Positions 1 to 12,730 of a stretch of 64,000 bases of DNA are shown here, piece after piece. A program made the position numbers and the translations under genes. The stretch is taken from assembly GCA_036785375.1 (NCBI GenBank), contig JAWMAR010000152.1, forward strand, positions 2,418,001 through 2,482,000. Reading direction: 5' to 3'. The stretch's first letter is position 1. The number at the start of each line of letters is the position of its first letter. This DNA is from Leucoraja ocellata. Lineage: Eukaryota. The notes beneath the pieces are model-generated. The model was not told the DNA's origin. It made no database searches and saw only the letters and a list, made by a program, of their open reading frames with translations.

Positions 1-800
1 GTGTTCAACTCGGAGGCGGTGCTTAGACTAAAGTCAACTGGGCTCGGTCTCTCTCAGTGAGAGGGGGGCGGTAAAAAAACCATCTCTCGCCCCGGCAGCC
101 GCAGGAGAGATCTGCATGGGCTGTTCTATTAGCCTCGATTGCTGCGGGAAGGAGCTTTGCGGAACCCCAGATGAACCCACGAAAAAGAAAGAAGAGAAAA
201 TGAGGCTTACAAAGGTACCTCAGACCATCCGCTGTCAGCGTGTGTGTGCGTGTGAGCGCTGTGTACATTGTGTGACATTGCTATCGTAAGTAGCGGGGCA
301 GTTCAGATATGTAGCATGCCCGACACAATTGAGCTCTTTAGTTTCTTTTGACTTTGTCAGAATTGTTTTTGTTTCATTTCTTAGCGAGAATGTGCACGCT
401 GTTGTTTTTGCTGTTTTACTCAGTGCGAGGAGTTTGAGGCCAAAGTTCAAGTAACTGAATGGTTTTGTTTTCCTTCTTCTGAAGAGCACGAGTTGTTAAT
501 GTTTTATTTCCGAGAATTTGCAACGCGCGATTTAAAGAAGAAACATCACGGAACAGAAAGTGACAGGAAAGGGATTAGAGCCAGTTTGGGAGTAGTCTGG
601 GGCAGTTTTTTTAAAAGGCAACATTGCCTGGTTAAATAAATCTAAAACAGCTCCTGCCGTTTATTTGGATGACGCCGGGTGTGTTGCGATGATTGTCACA
701 TGCGAACCACGGCGCATGGCGTGTCATTGTATTCAACGCTTGGCAAAACTTTTTTTTAGTTTTGTCTTGCGGTTGGGCGGGTGAGGGGAGGCGCCCATTT
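1..800 (+). promoter_or_regulatory. CpG-rich promoter-proximal / first-exon region of the tensin gene
   Basis: CpGs are visibly denser here than in most of the intron (cggaggcgg, ggggcgg GC-box, cgcgcg, gggcggg). The region is repeat-free and surrounds the ATG at 116. The TSS may lie upstream of the window. Confidence 0.55.
116..214 (+). CDS. TNS2: Tensin (probably tensin-2) first coding exon, MGCSISLDCCGKELCGTPDEPTKKKEEKMRLTK
   Basis: ATG at 116, then 33 open codons ending AAG|GTACCT (donor 215-216, phase 0). This matches the phase-0 acceptor at 63408. MGCxxSLxCC resembles the N-terminus I recall for long vertebrate tensin isoforms (TNS1 MGCTVSLVCC). Confidence 0.72.
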
Positions 801-829
801 GTGGGGCCAGCAGAATGGTTGCACTTGGA

Positions 830-1345
830 CAATCCCGCCTAAGCCTACAAGATCTCCCGGTTTCTAAACACTTTAACCCCCCTCCCATTCTCACACTGAC
901 ATTTCTGCTCTGGGCTGCCTCTACTGTCAGAGTGAGGCCCAGTGCAAATTGGATAAACAGCACCTCATATTTCGCCTGGGTAGCTTACATCTCAGCAATA
1001 TGAATATTGACTTCTCTAACTTCAAGTAACCCTTGCTTTCCTTCTCTCTCCATCCTCTCCTCCTTCCTAGTTCTCCAACCAGTCTGACTGTCCCCTTGAT
1101 TACATTTTACCTTTGTGTGCTTCGTTGTTAGCTTCCCCGAGCTAACAATGATCTATTCTACATTTCTCTTGAAATTCATCCCCTTTGATGTTTCGTTTTC
1201 AAACCTTGCACTTCCTTATCTCTGCGTCTTTCTCTCCCCTGACTCTCAGTCTGAAGAAGGGTCTCAACCAGAAACGTCACCCATCCCTTCTCTCCAGAGA
1301 TGCTGCCTGTCCCGCTGAGTTACTCCAGCATTTTGTGTCTGTCTT
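830..1345 (+). mobile_element. Penelope-like element 3' end: decayed GIY-YIG endonuclease C-terminus, pyrimidine-rich UTR and pLTR
   Basis: Translates DLPVSKHFN, then after a frameshift HSHTDISALGCLYCQSEAQCKLDKQHLIFRLGSLHLSNMNIDFSNFK* (TAA 1027-1029), typical of the PLE endonuclease end. It is followed by the CTGAAGAAGGGTCTC..GAAACGTC pLTR motif at 1251-1278. Confidence 0.75.
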
Positions 1346-1519
1346 TGAACAATCCTTGCTTGGCTATGAAATGAAATGGGAGCACACCAGTTGGAATAGC
1401 ATTGGCCAGCCAACCACTCATACTGTATGTAGGCCACAAGGCATAGTAGCCACATTCGATGCCAAACATTGGGTAATATCTGCTTTTCTGCAGATTGGGG
1501 GCTGCCGACAGTTAACATT

Positions 1520-1800
1520 CTGCCTGAAATCTGAATACCTGTAAGTGCTGAAAATCCTCAGTAGGTCAGACAGCATCTGTGCAGAGTAACAGAGATGAGG
1601 CTGATGTGCTGGAGGAACTCACCGGGTCAGACAGCATCTGCGGAAGGAATGGACAGATGACGTTTTGGGTTGGGACCCTTTCTCAGTCCTAAGACCTGAC
1701 CTGAAAACGTCCCTCCACAGTTGTGCCTGATCCGCTGAGTTCCTCCAGCACTTCGTGTTTAGCTCAAGATTCCAGCATCTGCAGGCTCTGGTGTCTCGAT
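1520..1800. mobile_element. Penelope-like pLTR-derived repeat, inverted (fold-back) arrangement
   Basis: gtgctggaggaactc...cagcatctg..gacgtttt on one side and gaaaacgtc...ctgagttcctccagcac...ccagcatctgcag on the other. Confidence 0.6.
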
Positions 1801-1929
1801 CGTTCATCAGAAATGGTGAAAGAAACACAAGCTCTGACAGGACCTCATCAATCGGAAATGGTAACTGTGTCCCCCTCTCCCCCGCAAGATGCTGCCTGAC
1901 CTGCTGCGTACTTGCACCAGCATCAGTAA

Positions 1930-2090
1930 AACCAAATTAACAGCTCATCGTCCCTTTTCTGTGGGTGGGATCTTCCTGTGCCTGCATTGGCTGCCACATT
2001 TTCCATGTTACAATGGTGATTGTTGGCCATGAAGGGGCTTGGAGTATTTTAAAAAGTACATGAAAGGCATTATAGAAATGCAAGTCTGTC
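1930..2090 (+). mobile_element. DeuSINE/SacSINE-like relic
   Basis: gtgggatcttcctgtgcctgcattggctgccacattttcc...ggcattatagaaatgcaagtct resembles the Deu domain and tail also seen at 18.9-19.2 kb, 34.0-34.2 kb and 43.8-44.0 kb. Confidence 0.5.
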
Positions 2091-3170
2091 CTACTTTATG
2101 CTTGCTTTATATAATCTCTACTTTGTGCTGGCTCATGCCAGCAGGAAATGACTGGTTTCCTTCTTTTCTTTTAATTTTTTTTATTTGCTATGTCGTCAAA
2201 CTTTGCCAATGTAATGCCTGAAGTTGGGATAGACATCCTGTATTCCAACCTATCTCCTGTGGCAGGATGCCAAGTGCGGAACTCCAGGTGGACCAGGGCC
2301 ACAGATGGAATTCAATCTGCCTTCGGATTCAACTGTGCTTGCTCTTTTTTTTTGTATTCCCATTCCAAGGCTCTTATGTTTTCATTTATGATGGGACCAT
2401 TCTGTGTACATTGGTCACATCACAAGGGGCATCCTCTGTGCACCAGTGGCATTGCAGCGCCGCCTTTAGCGGGAGAGTTTCACTGCAGCGTGACCGGTAT
2501 ACATCGACAGTTTCCATATTAAGTGTATTCGCCAGTTGCAATGAACAATCTTCACAGGAAATGCATAAAACGTCTTGTATGTTGCTTCAAAGCAGCAGTT
2601 CCCAGCTCGGCATGTGCCAAAGATCACAAGGGCGCTGTGGGTTTAATGCTATTGAGGTTTATTATTGAGGTAGAAGAACGTTCACAAGAAGTTAAAGTAA
2701 ATAAAAACTTAGGTCCCAGAGAATTCAGGGGACAACCCCAAACTCTTCAATGGGGAAAGCTCATCAGGCCTTTATAGGGGTGGGGAAGATGTGTGCATAT
2801 TTTAACGAGTGTGAACAAGTGGGCTTTTCATTTAGAAGGGTAGGGAGCCACTTTGGTGGAGTGCAGACGGTGATTTGACTTTGAACAGATAGTGTGTGTT
2901 TATTGCCGTGAATATCCCAAGCTGATTTCACACTTCTTCAAGGACATAGTTTATTTGAAACGGTTGTCACTAGCCATGCTAATCATTAGTATTGATTCCT
3001 TGTGTTGACCTGATTCAAGCTACACTCTGACTGTGCCCGATGGGAATTCTGCAGACTACTAAAGATCTTTTCCCAGACTCTTGCACCTTCTGGGGAGTGT
3101 ACGCCACTTATAAACTGGTACAGTGATTGGACTCTTTCTGAAAATGGGAGGTTGTTTCCAAATAACTTGT

Positions 3171-3525
3171 ATAGAACATGGAACAGTACAGCACAGGAAC
3201 GGGCCTTCGGCCCACAAGGTCCGTGCCAAACATGATGCCAAGTTAAACTCATCTCCCCTACCTGTAAATGATCCATATCCCTCCTTTCCCTTCATATCCA
3301 TGGGCCTATCTAAAAGCCTCTTAAATGGCACTATCGTATCTGCCTCCACTACGACCTCTGGCAGCGTGTTCCTGGCACCCACCACCCTCTGTGTAAAAAC
3401 AAATAAATAAATAAAACTTGCCCTGCATATCTCCATTAAAGTTTGCTCCTGTCACCTGAAAGCTGTGCCCTCTAGTCTTTGACATTTCCATCCTGGGGAA
3501 AAAGTTTCTGCCTGTCTACCCTATC
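3171..3525 (-). mobile_element. CR1/HER1-type LINE 3' fragment
   Basis: Minus strand encodes FTQRVVGARNTLPEVVVEADTIVPFKRLLDRPM (CR1 ORF2 C-terminus) followed by the gggccgaagg..cctgtgctgtac tail. Confidence 0.75.
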
Positions 3526-4562
3526 TCTCCCCTCTGCTTCCGATGCTCTGAAAGGGCTTTGTGTGGCTTCTGTCCATCCTCATCCGGACATGGGGATATG
3601 GACACAGCTCAGTGAGTGTGCTGCCTGCATCGTACAGGGGATGGTAATGGCCAGCGTTGGTGTGGCCCTGTGTTACAATCCAGATTCCCCTTTTATGGTC
3701 AAGTGGAACTTGGTGATAAAACATCAGGCAGAAATGCGTGCAAATTTCTAACCTGTACATTGCGATAAAGTACTTTGTGCACTCAGCAAACATACCAAGT
3801 TATCCAGCACCGCAAACAGCAAATCTACCAGGACTCGCAAAGATTTACACCTACATCAGCCACTTACATTTATTACTGATATTGGAGACATGCTCCCATT
3901 AGTTTGTCTCGGGTGTGTCGACTGCAAGACTGCACTCACAGCCCCTCCCAAATCTGTGACTACCATTGATAAGGGGAGCTTCAGGTGCATCGGAATACCA
4001 CCCCTGAAATGTTTCCCTCAGTCGCTCACTGGAGTTCTAACACACCTCTCCATTGAAACTGCTGTTCAATAAAAATAATGGCGAGCAAATCATTAACAAT
4101 AAGTTTACAGCATTGTAGAATGAGATACACTTAGAAGCAGGTCCTAAAAGGATCAATTGTCAGAGCTTGTTTTACCCCAGGGCAAGGGGCTCTAAAACTA
4201 CAGGGCACAGGATTAAGGTGAGAGGGGTGAAACTTAAAGGAGATCTGTGGGCCAGGTTTTTCACTGGGGATGGTGGTTAGATGGAACAAGGTGGTAGGAC
4301 AGGGTACAATTAACTCTTTTAAAGGCATATGGATAAATACCTGGTTAGGAAAGGTGCAGAAGAATGGGGGCAAATGGGATTAGCATAGGTGGGTCTCTAT
4401 TTCTATTCTGGTGCTGTATAACTGACTTTATTTGATCGTGTTGGCCCTACTCGCTTTGCTCTTTCTCCTTGCTCTGTAAAACAATTGAGATTTGATCCAA
4501 TTCCCCTTTCAGAAGTTCACATTGAAGCTATTCAAATACCCTTTTAGGCAGTGCAATGTGTG

Positions 4563-4788
4563 TGCCCCTGTCCCACTTAGGAAACCTAAACGGAAACCCC
4601 TGGAGACTTTGCGCCCCACCCAAGGTTTCCGTGCGGTTCCCGGAGGTTTTTGTCAGTCTCCCTACCTGCTTCCACTACCTGCAACCTCCGGCAACCACCT
4701 GCAACCTCCGGGAACCGCACGGAAACCTTGGGTGGGGCGCAAAGTCTCCAGAGGTTTCCGTTCAGGTTTCCTAAGTGGGACAGGGGCA
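4563..4788. mobile_element. Palindromic MITE (PIF/Harbinger-like, tentative)
   Basis: 86-bp inverted repeats at 4563-4648 and 4703-4788 with only 2 mismatches and a 54-bp spacer. The right flank is TTA; no matching left TSD. Confidence 0.75.
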
Positions 4789-5840
4789 TTACCTGCCTAC
4801 CAACATGTCCCTGATCAAAGTGCTGATTGCAATCTGTTCTTGGATACTGTGGTTTGGTCTGCACCTTTTTTTCAAGAATTGTAGTGCCTCTTTAAATTGC
4901 TCTGTTGTAAGATTTCCAAATAAATCTTGATTTAATTCCCTTCATCGCAGTGTGCTGCCCAGGTCTTCTGTGTAGGAGCCAGGACAGTTTATTTCTACAG
5001 AAAATCTGCTCCACACTCAAGGAGAGAAGGGTTCATGCTAATAGAGACCCAAACACGTGTGACCTAATGTCCTGTCAAAAGGCCGACACACTCTCCTTTC
5101 TAATGAGTCACATATGGACCACACGTGTTCAATAAAATCAATATTTAACAGAGCTCTTGAGCTTTCGTAAAAGTGTATCTGTAAAGTAATGCCTCCTGGG
5201 CAACAGGGCCTGATGGTTTCAATTGTCAGAAGAATTACTGTATGCTCCTCTGCCAAGGTGAAAGCCGAGCTAAGATTTCTAATGGAAATTTGGAAAAAAA
5301 AAGTAAATCTGAAAGGATTAAAATGAAGATGATTTCAAGAACTTAAACTGTGGATGCCTTGTGACTGGAAATCCTCTAGCTTCCAGTTGCAGTCGCAAAG
5401 CAACAGGCAGGATGGAAGTTGCCCCTGACAGTTTCCATCTTGTTTCATGGGGCTAGGACACAGATTATTTTGAAACATTTAATGCAGATCTGCCTCTCTG
5501 AGGGAGGGATCAGACTTCATGTGCCAAGTTATCTGTTTCCCAGTGTACTGTCGGCCGGATGTGGTGCTGCAGAGGTCAGCTGAGACGGTGGCTATCTGGT
5601 GACCCGGCCAACTGTAACAATTAACTCTGCATGGTCATTTTAAGTGGTGTTTCCAGAATGGTCGATGTACCTGAACCAAGCTCGACTTGAGAACTACTTG
5701 AAATATGAAGATTTTTGCCAATGCCATACTGGTCACCAGAATGAGGCCAAATCATTTTTTAAACATATGAAGTATTCTACTAAAATATCCAAGGATTAAG
5801 GTGTACGGAGAGAGTGCTGTATCACGGTTGGTGTTTCAGA

Positions 5841-6147
5841 TCAAGTGGAGTTACCTTATAGAGGGGTAATGGAGGGAGTGACTGAGGGTACGGGAAAGGA
5901 GAGGGAGGAGGGGGAGGGGAGGAGGAGAGGGGAAAGAAGAGGGAGGGTGAAGAGGAGTGGGAGGGAGAGCTGGGGGATGAGGAGGATAGGTGTAGGAAGA
6001 GGGATAGCGAGGCGCAGTTGGGGAGGGTTGCCATGACTCGCGTCACAACGGTAACTCGTCAGCCGCGTCTGCGCAGTTGGGGGCTATGGGTGAGTGGTGG
6101 AATATTGTGTTGGGGGAACGGGGCCCAATGGGTCCCACATGGTCTAG
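5841..6147 (+). mobile_element. Helitron 3' terminal fragment
   Basis: Ends with hairpin GGGGCCC-AAT-GGGTCCC (6120-6136), then CTAG (6144-6147) followed by T. Shares tggaatattg(c/t)gttggg and the hairpin with the element ending at 25970. The 5' boundary is uncertain. Confidence 0.65.
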
Positions 6148-8611
6148 TTTCCTCTAAAGACCTCCAGTTTTTAATGGGACTTGAAGTCTGGCATTCACCC
6201 GATGCTCATTATACTTCAGTTTGGAGGTGACGTGGACCATCTGGAACAGAAGGAGGATTCTGCCCAGTTTGGGTCCGCACTTTTAGCCAACAGTGTTTAG
6301 CGTCCAGCCCAATGAGCTCATGTGCTCTGTGTGGACTCCCCAGTGCAATTTCTAACACACCAGCAGTTGGCATGGAGGCAGCTCCTTTCACAACTCTACT
6401 GATGTCAACTCCTTGGTGTTTGTCTCATGGCTCAAGGACATGCTGTGCTCCGAGTGCCCAATGAGTTACTGGGACTGTTTTTTGACAGATGCAACAATCA
6501 CCATTCTTACCCTGATCTAAGTCAGATGTAGCCGTTGTTGTTGAAAGCTCCAAGAAGCACCAGTCCAATTGAGTTCCAACTCCAGTAAAGACTCTCTTGG
6601 CACTCTCTGAATGGTTCTATTTTGTTTTTAAAGGGTGAAAAATATATGCAGAAAAGTTTGACAAGGGAGAATTTCTATTTGCATTGTGCCTTTAACATTG
6701 TAAAACATACTTCCCAAGAGCAAATATAATCTGACCAAGCTACATGAGGAAATAGTAAGGCAAGTGAACAAACAACCCCAAGTAAGCATGCACCTCCTTG
6801 CTTGTGAATAATGTACCAACATCTGCCTTTAAAGTATTCAGATGCTGCTTCCATTACCCTTTGAAAAAGAGAGTTCTAAAGACTCACAACCCTCTGAAGC
6901 AAAAACAATTGCCTCATGTCTGTTTTAAATGGTTTTAAATAGACCCCCTAGTGAAAGATTTGCCCACAATAGCAAATGTACCCTCCACATCCACCTTGTC
7001 AAGACCTTTTATGTTTCAATCAAGTCAACTCTCGCTCTTCTAAACACCAGCTTGGCCATAGAGTTAGGGCGCAAGAGGTACCTTGAAAGACCAGTAGAGA
7101 AGTTTAAGGAAAGAATTCCAAAGTTCTGGATCCAGGCCCCAGCGGTGGAGTGGTTAAATTCAGGGATTCTCAAGAGGTTGGAATTGGAGGAGCGCAGTGA
7201 TTGTTGAGAGTTGTGGGGCTGGAGGAGGGGGTTTGACGACAAGGATGAAGGTTTTAACACCGAGTTGTTACTTGACCAGGAGCCAGTGTTGATGAGTGAG
7301 CTCAGTGGATGACGGCAGGCTAGGGCTGGCTGCCAGTTTGGATGCGGGGCAGCAGAGATTTGGATGAGATGGAGTTTACAGAGGGTGGAAGATGGAAGGC
7401 TGACCAGGAACTGTCATGCCTAGAGGTCACAAAGGCATCAGCAACTCCTGATGTAACTGAATCCTGTAATTCCCTCTCAGTCTTTGTTAACCCTAGCTGT
7501 GCTGTAAACTAGTTTGTTCGGCACAAAGATTTGTTTCGGCTGTAACAACAGAGGTGCAAGTAGGTCTTTAAACCCTGCTAGCCTGGAAAAGATTAAAATG
7601 GTTTGCCTGTCAAACAGGGCAGAGGTTGCGTCTCTCTGGGCTTTAAGCATGTGCTGAACAGACAGCTGAGATTTTTGAGATGAAAAATCTGTTTTATTTA
7701 TGTGAGGCAACTGCTTGTGGTTCCCAGAGCATTTGAGGTCTGTCAGGGCTGCTGATAAATTGGAACGAGAGATTAGCCTTCAGTGTTATTGGAGCAGCAG
7801 GATGCTTGCTTATTTGTCTGTATCTGTTACATTTAAAGAACAGTGCCTGATGTGAATTGAATATGCTGGCATAATGGCGATAGTAAGCAGACTACAGAGT
7901 GAGGAGCCAGTCTGATCTCACCGAACTGTTAACTCTGCTGCTGACAGCACCACTACAGCAGTTCATTCGGGTAATCTGGGGCTGATGGTTGGTGAAGTCC
8001 TAAATTGAGAACAGATTTCTGGAGCATCTTTCTCGAGCACGGGAGGTCCAAAGTGTCTCATAGCCAATTGGGCGCTTGTTGTAATGAAAGCGAGCTTGCA
8101 GACACACTACGCACAGCAAACAAACAAAGAATTATAAATGCCGGATCTCACAAATAAAAACAGAAAATGCTGGAAACACTCAGTATGTCTGGCCGCATCT
8201 GTGGAAGGAGAAACAGTTTATATTTTATGTCAAAGCTGCTCTGTTTCTCCCTCCACAGATGCTGCCTGACCTGAGGAGTGTTGCCAGCATCTTGTTTACA
8301 TTGTGTGCACAGCAAGATTCCACAAACAAGGATATGAAAGGCAGCGTATACTTTAAGTTGCTGATGTTGGTTGTGGAATCATTATTTGCCAGGACACCAG
8401 AGAGAGCTCCTCTGCTCTCCAGTCAACAAGTGCTTAAGGATCTTTCATATCTACCTGAGAAGGTAGATGGGGTTTTGGTTTTATGTCACGTCAGATGGCC
8501 AGCACCTCCAGCATTCCCTAACAATAGGTTGTATTGCCTGGAGTCTCCAATGAAGCCTGAGCTGTCTGGGAATTGGGAGTGATCAGGGTCTGCTGGCTGT
8601 TGGGAGAACTG

Positions 8612-8792
8612 TTGGGTTTTCTCCGGGTACTCTGGCTTCCTCCCACATTCCAAAGATGTGCAGGTTTGTAAGTTAATTGGCTTCTGTAAACCGTGTGTAC
8701 AATCGAACTAGTGTACGGGTGATCAGCGTGTACTCGGTGGGCTGAAAGGCCTGTTTCCACGCTGTATCTCTAAAGTAAACTAAAACTAAACT
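8612..8792 (+). mobile_element. HE1/V-SINE-type SINE, 5' truncated
   Basis: V-domain-like ggttttctccgggtactctggcttcctcccacattccaaag and (ctaaa)n tail. Confidence 0.75.
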
Positions 8793-10077
8793 GATATCTC
8801 AGCTCTGTTTCACAGCAATTCTGTTTATTTAATTGTGTCTTTCCATTCTCACTCTGCAAATGATGGTTCCCTGTGGGGTGGCATGCCATGCTGGTGGGGT
8901 GTTTGTTGTGCTGACACACAGCTGGATATTCTTCAATGCACCAAACTAATCGTACAGGTGATGCAAACCGTGTCAGGACCAATGTAAACAGGTGGAACAA
9001 AGCGTTAAGAAGAGCCCCGCGTTTGTCTAAGGGAGGTTCTACAATATATGATCAGTGATGAGGCGCAAAGGCCAGCAATGCGTTCAGTATCAGGAATCAT
9101 ATATTGTTAGATCATCCAAAACGTTGCTGGGACCAGGGGAAAATAGTGGCATGGAGCTCCTGAAGGTGAAAGTCCTGGTTCTCCAGGGGTCAGATTGTGA
9201 TACATTGGCAGGAGAGGTTTTCATAGAAATGGGTGGGGACTGCTTTGGCCGACTTCTACCAACTGCACTCCCCTCAACATCAGTAACGTGGCCCCCAGAA
9301 ACCAGGGCACACGTAATGAAGGTGACTGTGAGAAGAACCAAAAGTGGTATAAGGGAAAACAATTGTTTTTACAAAATAAGTGTTTGGAGTCTGGAATGCA
9401 ATGCCAGGGAGCAGTGGAGGCAGACTAAATTCACAGGGGAGCTGGAAAACGAGTTACAATGAAATCCGGTGCAGGTTGGCACTGGTTAACATGGCAGCTG
9501 GCATCCTTTCGGAAAAACTACTCTGGCCTATAAGTGACTCCAGGTCCACGCACTATGCAGTTGGTTCTTTGTGCCCTCTATAGTGGTCCTGAAACTTACT
9601 GCCACTATAGAAGGCCTATCAAGTCAGGGTCTTGAAATAGTTGGATAAGAACACGTTAAAATAAATAAGCTGTAATTCACATACTAAGGCTTTCCTTGTT
9701 AACTCCACCATGATTGCATCAATGTCATTCTATGATTAAACTTAATGTTCCTCACAGCTGGATCAAGATGGGTGTGCAATCAGATCAAAATGGTATCGTT
9801 GAACATTAACACAGTTGTTTACCTGGATTTGGGATGTTGAAATAAATATCATTTCTTGAATGTATTAAATCTGATTTTAATCACTTTTCATCCCCCAAAT
9901 CCTTTTCTAATTCTAAATTCCAGCTGCTGATTTCCTGACTTCTGTGCAATATGTATCCTGATTTAACTGTACACAATCGAGGAAACACATTGTGAACTTT
10001 TCTCAAAGCCTGCTTTAATATTATTAAATAGTGTCATCTGGAGGAACGGATGTGTCAGAATCAGTTCTATCCTTTTG

Positions 10078-10390
10078 TTTTACTTTGTTTAGTTTAATTT
10101 AGAGATTCAGCACGGAAACAGGCCCTTCGGCCCACCACGTCCACGTCGACCAGCGATTCCCGCACATTAACACTATCCGACACACACTAGGGACAATTTT
10201 TACATTTGCACCAATCCACAACCTACAAATCTGTACGTCTTTGGAGTGTGGGAGGAAACCGAAGACCCTGGAGAAAATCCACGCAGGTCATGGGGAGAAT
10301 GTACAAACTCCGTACAGACAGCACCCGTAGTCAGGATCGAACCTGGGTCTCTGGCCGCTGTGAGGCAGCAACTCTCCCAGCTGTGCCACT
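10078..10390 (-). mobile_element. HE1/V-SINE-type tRNA-derived SINE
   Basis: Reverse complement of the 58.8 kb copy, with B box (ggatcgaacc) and tttag tail. Confidence 0.8.
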
Positions 10391-11779
10391 GGAACTACAA
10401 TATTCTGTGATAACTGCTCATCTTCCGTAAGATCAATGAAACAAGCACAGTGTACAAATTACATAGTCTTACAGCTAATAGGATAATCACTAATGAATCC
10501 AACAGGGTATTTGGGAGATATCTATTATGCAGAGAGTGGAGAGGATGAGGGACTATTTCTCATGAGGAAGTGGACAGCCTGGATATGTTTCAACCTGGAG
10601 ATGGTACAACGGTTGAGTGGAAGGAGTCGAAGAGGATCAGTTGGAGAGATGTGGGCGGAGGCTGGTGTGGATGACTTTGATTAAATGGCCACAGTACTTT
10701 CCATGCTGGATTAGAATGTGGGAGTCACTTCGATCACAACCTGCAGTGTTGCAAAGGATGGTGCAACTGGAGCTGAAAGGAAGCAAGTTCCAGACGGGCG
10801 CAGCAAGGTGAAGGGCAAACTGACCATCATCCTAGAGTAGAATGACGGGAGGTCGCCCTGAGGTTCTCTTGGGCAACTTCACAAGTCCTTCTGCATGGAT
10901 AGGTTTTTATTAAAAACTGTTTGTCCGTCAGAAGTGACACAGCTCCATTAAAGTTGCTGGCGGGGGCTCAAGCTCGATATTGAGAACCCATGAGGATTAA
11001 CTCGCAACTCAAGCATTTAATCTGTCCACTAATTAATGTCGATTTGAAGCAGTTCCAAGAATGTGGGAGTGCATTACAAGCAGGCAGCAAAACAGCTAAA
11101 CAGCTCCCCACTGTTCACTGACATGACCATATACAGTGCTCTTTGCACACTATCTCGAGGCAAGTGAGGAGCTTGTCGCCAATGTTCAAAGATTGCTCGG
11201 TCATGGAAGGTATGAGGTGGGTAGGTCATTTCTGAGGGGACAGGTGTTTGTACTTCGTGCTACACCACAGCACCTTAGATAGGTACCTCTCTGTCTGGCA
11301 AGTTACCTGCTGGCTATTTAACGAAGGGTGAAGCACCCAAGCCTGATCTTCTCACATACGGTTTGCACTAAGAGTCACTGCAACCCTTCTCCTCTCTCCT
11401 TAACCTAATATCATTTGCTGAGGTCAATTGAGGGTTGAAGGAGACCTATACTTCCTTTAAGTTTGTTTTAAGCGTTGGACTGGCTGGAGGTGCGGGCGTT
11501 AAATTCACCACAGGAGGGCAGTCCGCCTACGCTATGCCGGCCTGCACATTGATTTCAGTACATGGGTTTAAAATGCTAGCTGGCTGCCGCCTTGGCAATG
11601 GAGGCAGTTTTGGCCACACACTGAGACAGATGTTCCAATATTAACCACTGCCACAACCATCAGCGTTTGCTTGGTGGAACTGACAGCACCTTAAGGACTA
11701 TGTGTATGTGGTTTATTCTGGACATTAGTTGGGGGGTGGGGGAAGGAGGGAGGGGGGCGTGCATATATAATCTGGAGCT

Positions 11780-12730
11780 AGTATTAAAAAGGAGGTGTTG
11801 GATATTATTAGACTGCATAAGGGTGGATAAAGCCTCGTGACTGGATGAGATCTGTGGGAAGGGAAGAGATTGCTGGGCCCTGATGATGATTTTTTGCATC
11901 TTCACTTGCCATGGGTGAGGTGCCAGAAAACTGGAGGATAGCTAATGTTTTCCTGTATTTAAGAAGGGCAGCAATAGATATGCCAGGAAATACAGGCTTT
12001 GTGTCAGTGGTAGGTAAATTATTGGAGAAAATCTTAAGAGGAAGGATTTGTGTACACTTAGAAAGACTGGCTAATCAGGGAAAGTCACTGTGGCTTTGTG
12101 CGGGGAAAATTCACTCAGTGGATTGAGCATTTGAGGAGGTAAGTAAGATTAGTGAAGGCAGGGTTGTAGACGACGTCCATTTGGACTTTGGTAAGACATT
12201 TGACAAGGTCTTGCATGGTAGGTAGTCCAGATGTTTATGGTACATGGGATCCAGCATGAGCTGGCTAATTAGATCTAAATTTGGCTTGGCAATAGGAGGT
12301 AGAGGGTAGTGACAGAAGATGTCTTTATGATTGAAAGATGTGACCAGTGATATATCGCAGAGATCAGTGCTGGGACCCTGCTTGTGAGATATTATTGACC
12401 TGGATGTGAAAGTAGAGCTAAGATTACTAAGTTTGTGGATGACATGAAAGTTTGTGGATAGCATGGAAGGTTACAGCAGGATATAGATCTGATGGAAAGT
12501 TAGTTGGAGTATTGGCAGATGGAACTTAATCACGACAAGTGTGAAGTGATGCATTTTGCAAAGTCCAATGGGGATAGGACATATTCAGTCGATGGTAGGG
12601 CGCTAAAGAATGTTAATGAACAGAGAGACCTTGGACCAGATGTGGGCAAATGGGATTAGTGTCGATGGAAAAAAGGTTGACATGCATGTAGTTGGCTGAA
12701 AGGGCCTGTTTTGTGCTGTACAACTCCATG
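11780..12730 (+). mobile_element. CR1-type LINE, decayed reverse transcriptase fragment
   Basis: Frameshifted RT motifs GEVPENWRIANV, VVGKLLEKIL, LDFGKTFDKV, SVLGP and KFVDD, followed by the CR1/HER1 3' tail. Confidence 0.8.

Noticed and set aside
2769-2778. CArG boxes (CCTTTATAGG here, CCAAATTTGG at 60369)
   Set aside because: A few such 10-mers are expected by chance in 64 kb, and there is no supporting context.
10903-10919. AT-rich palindrome GTTTTTATTAAAAAC in a TAAT-rich unique region
   Set aside because: Short and low-complexity; enhancer status cannot be judged without alignments.
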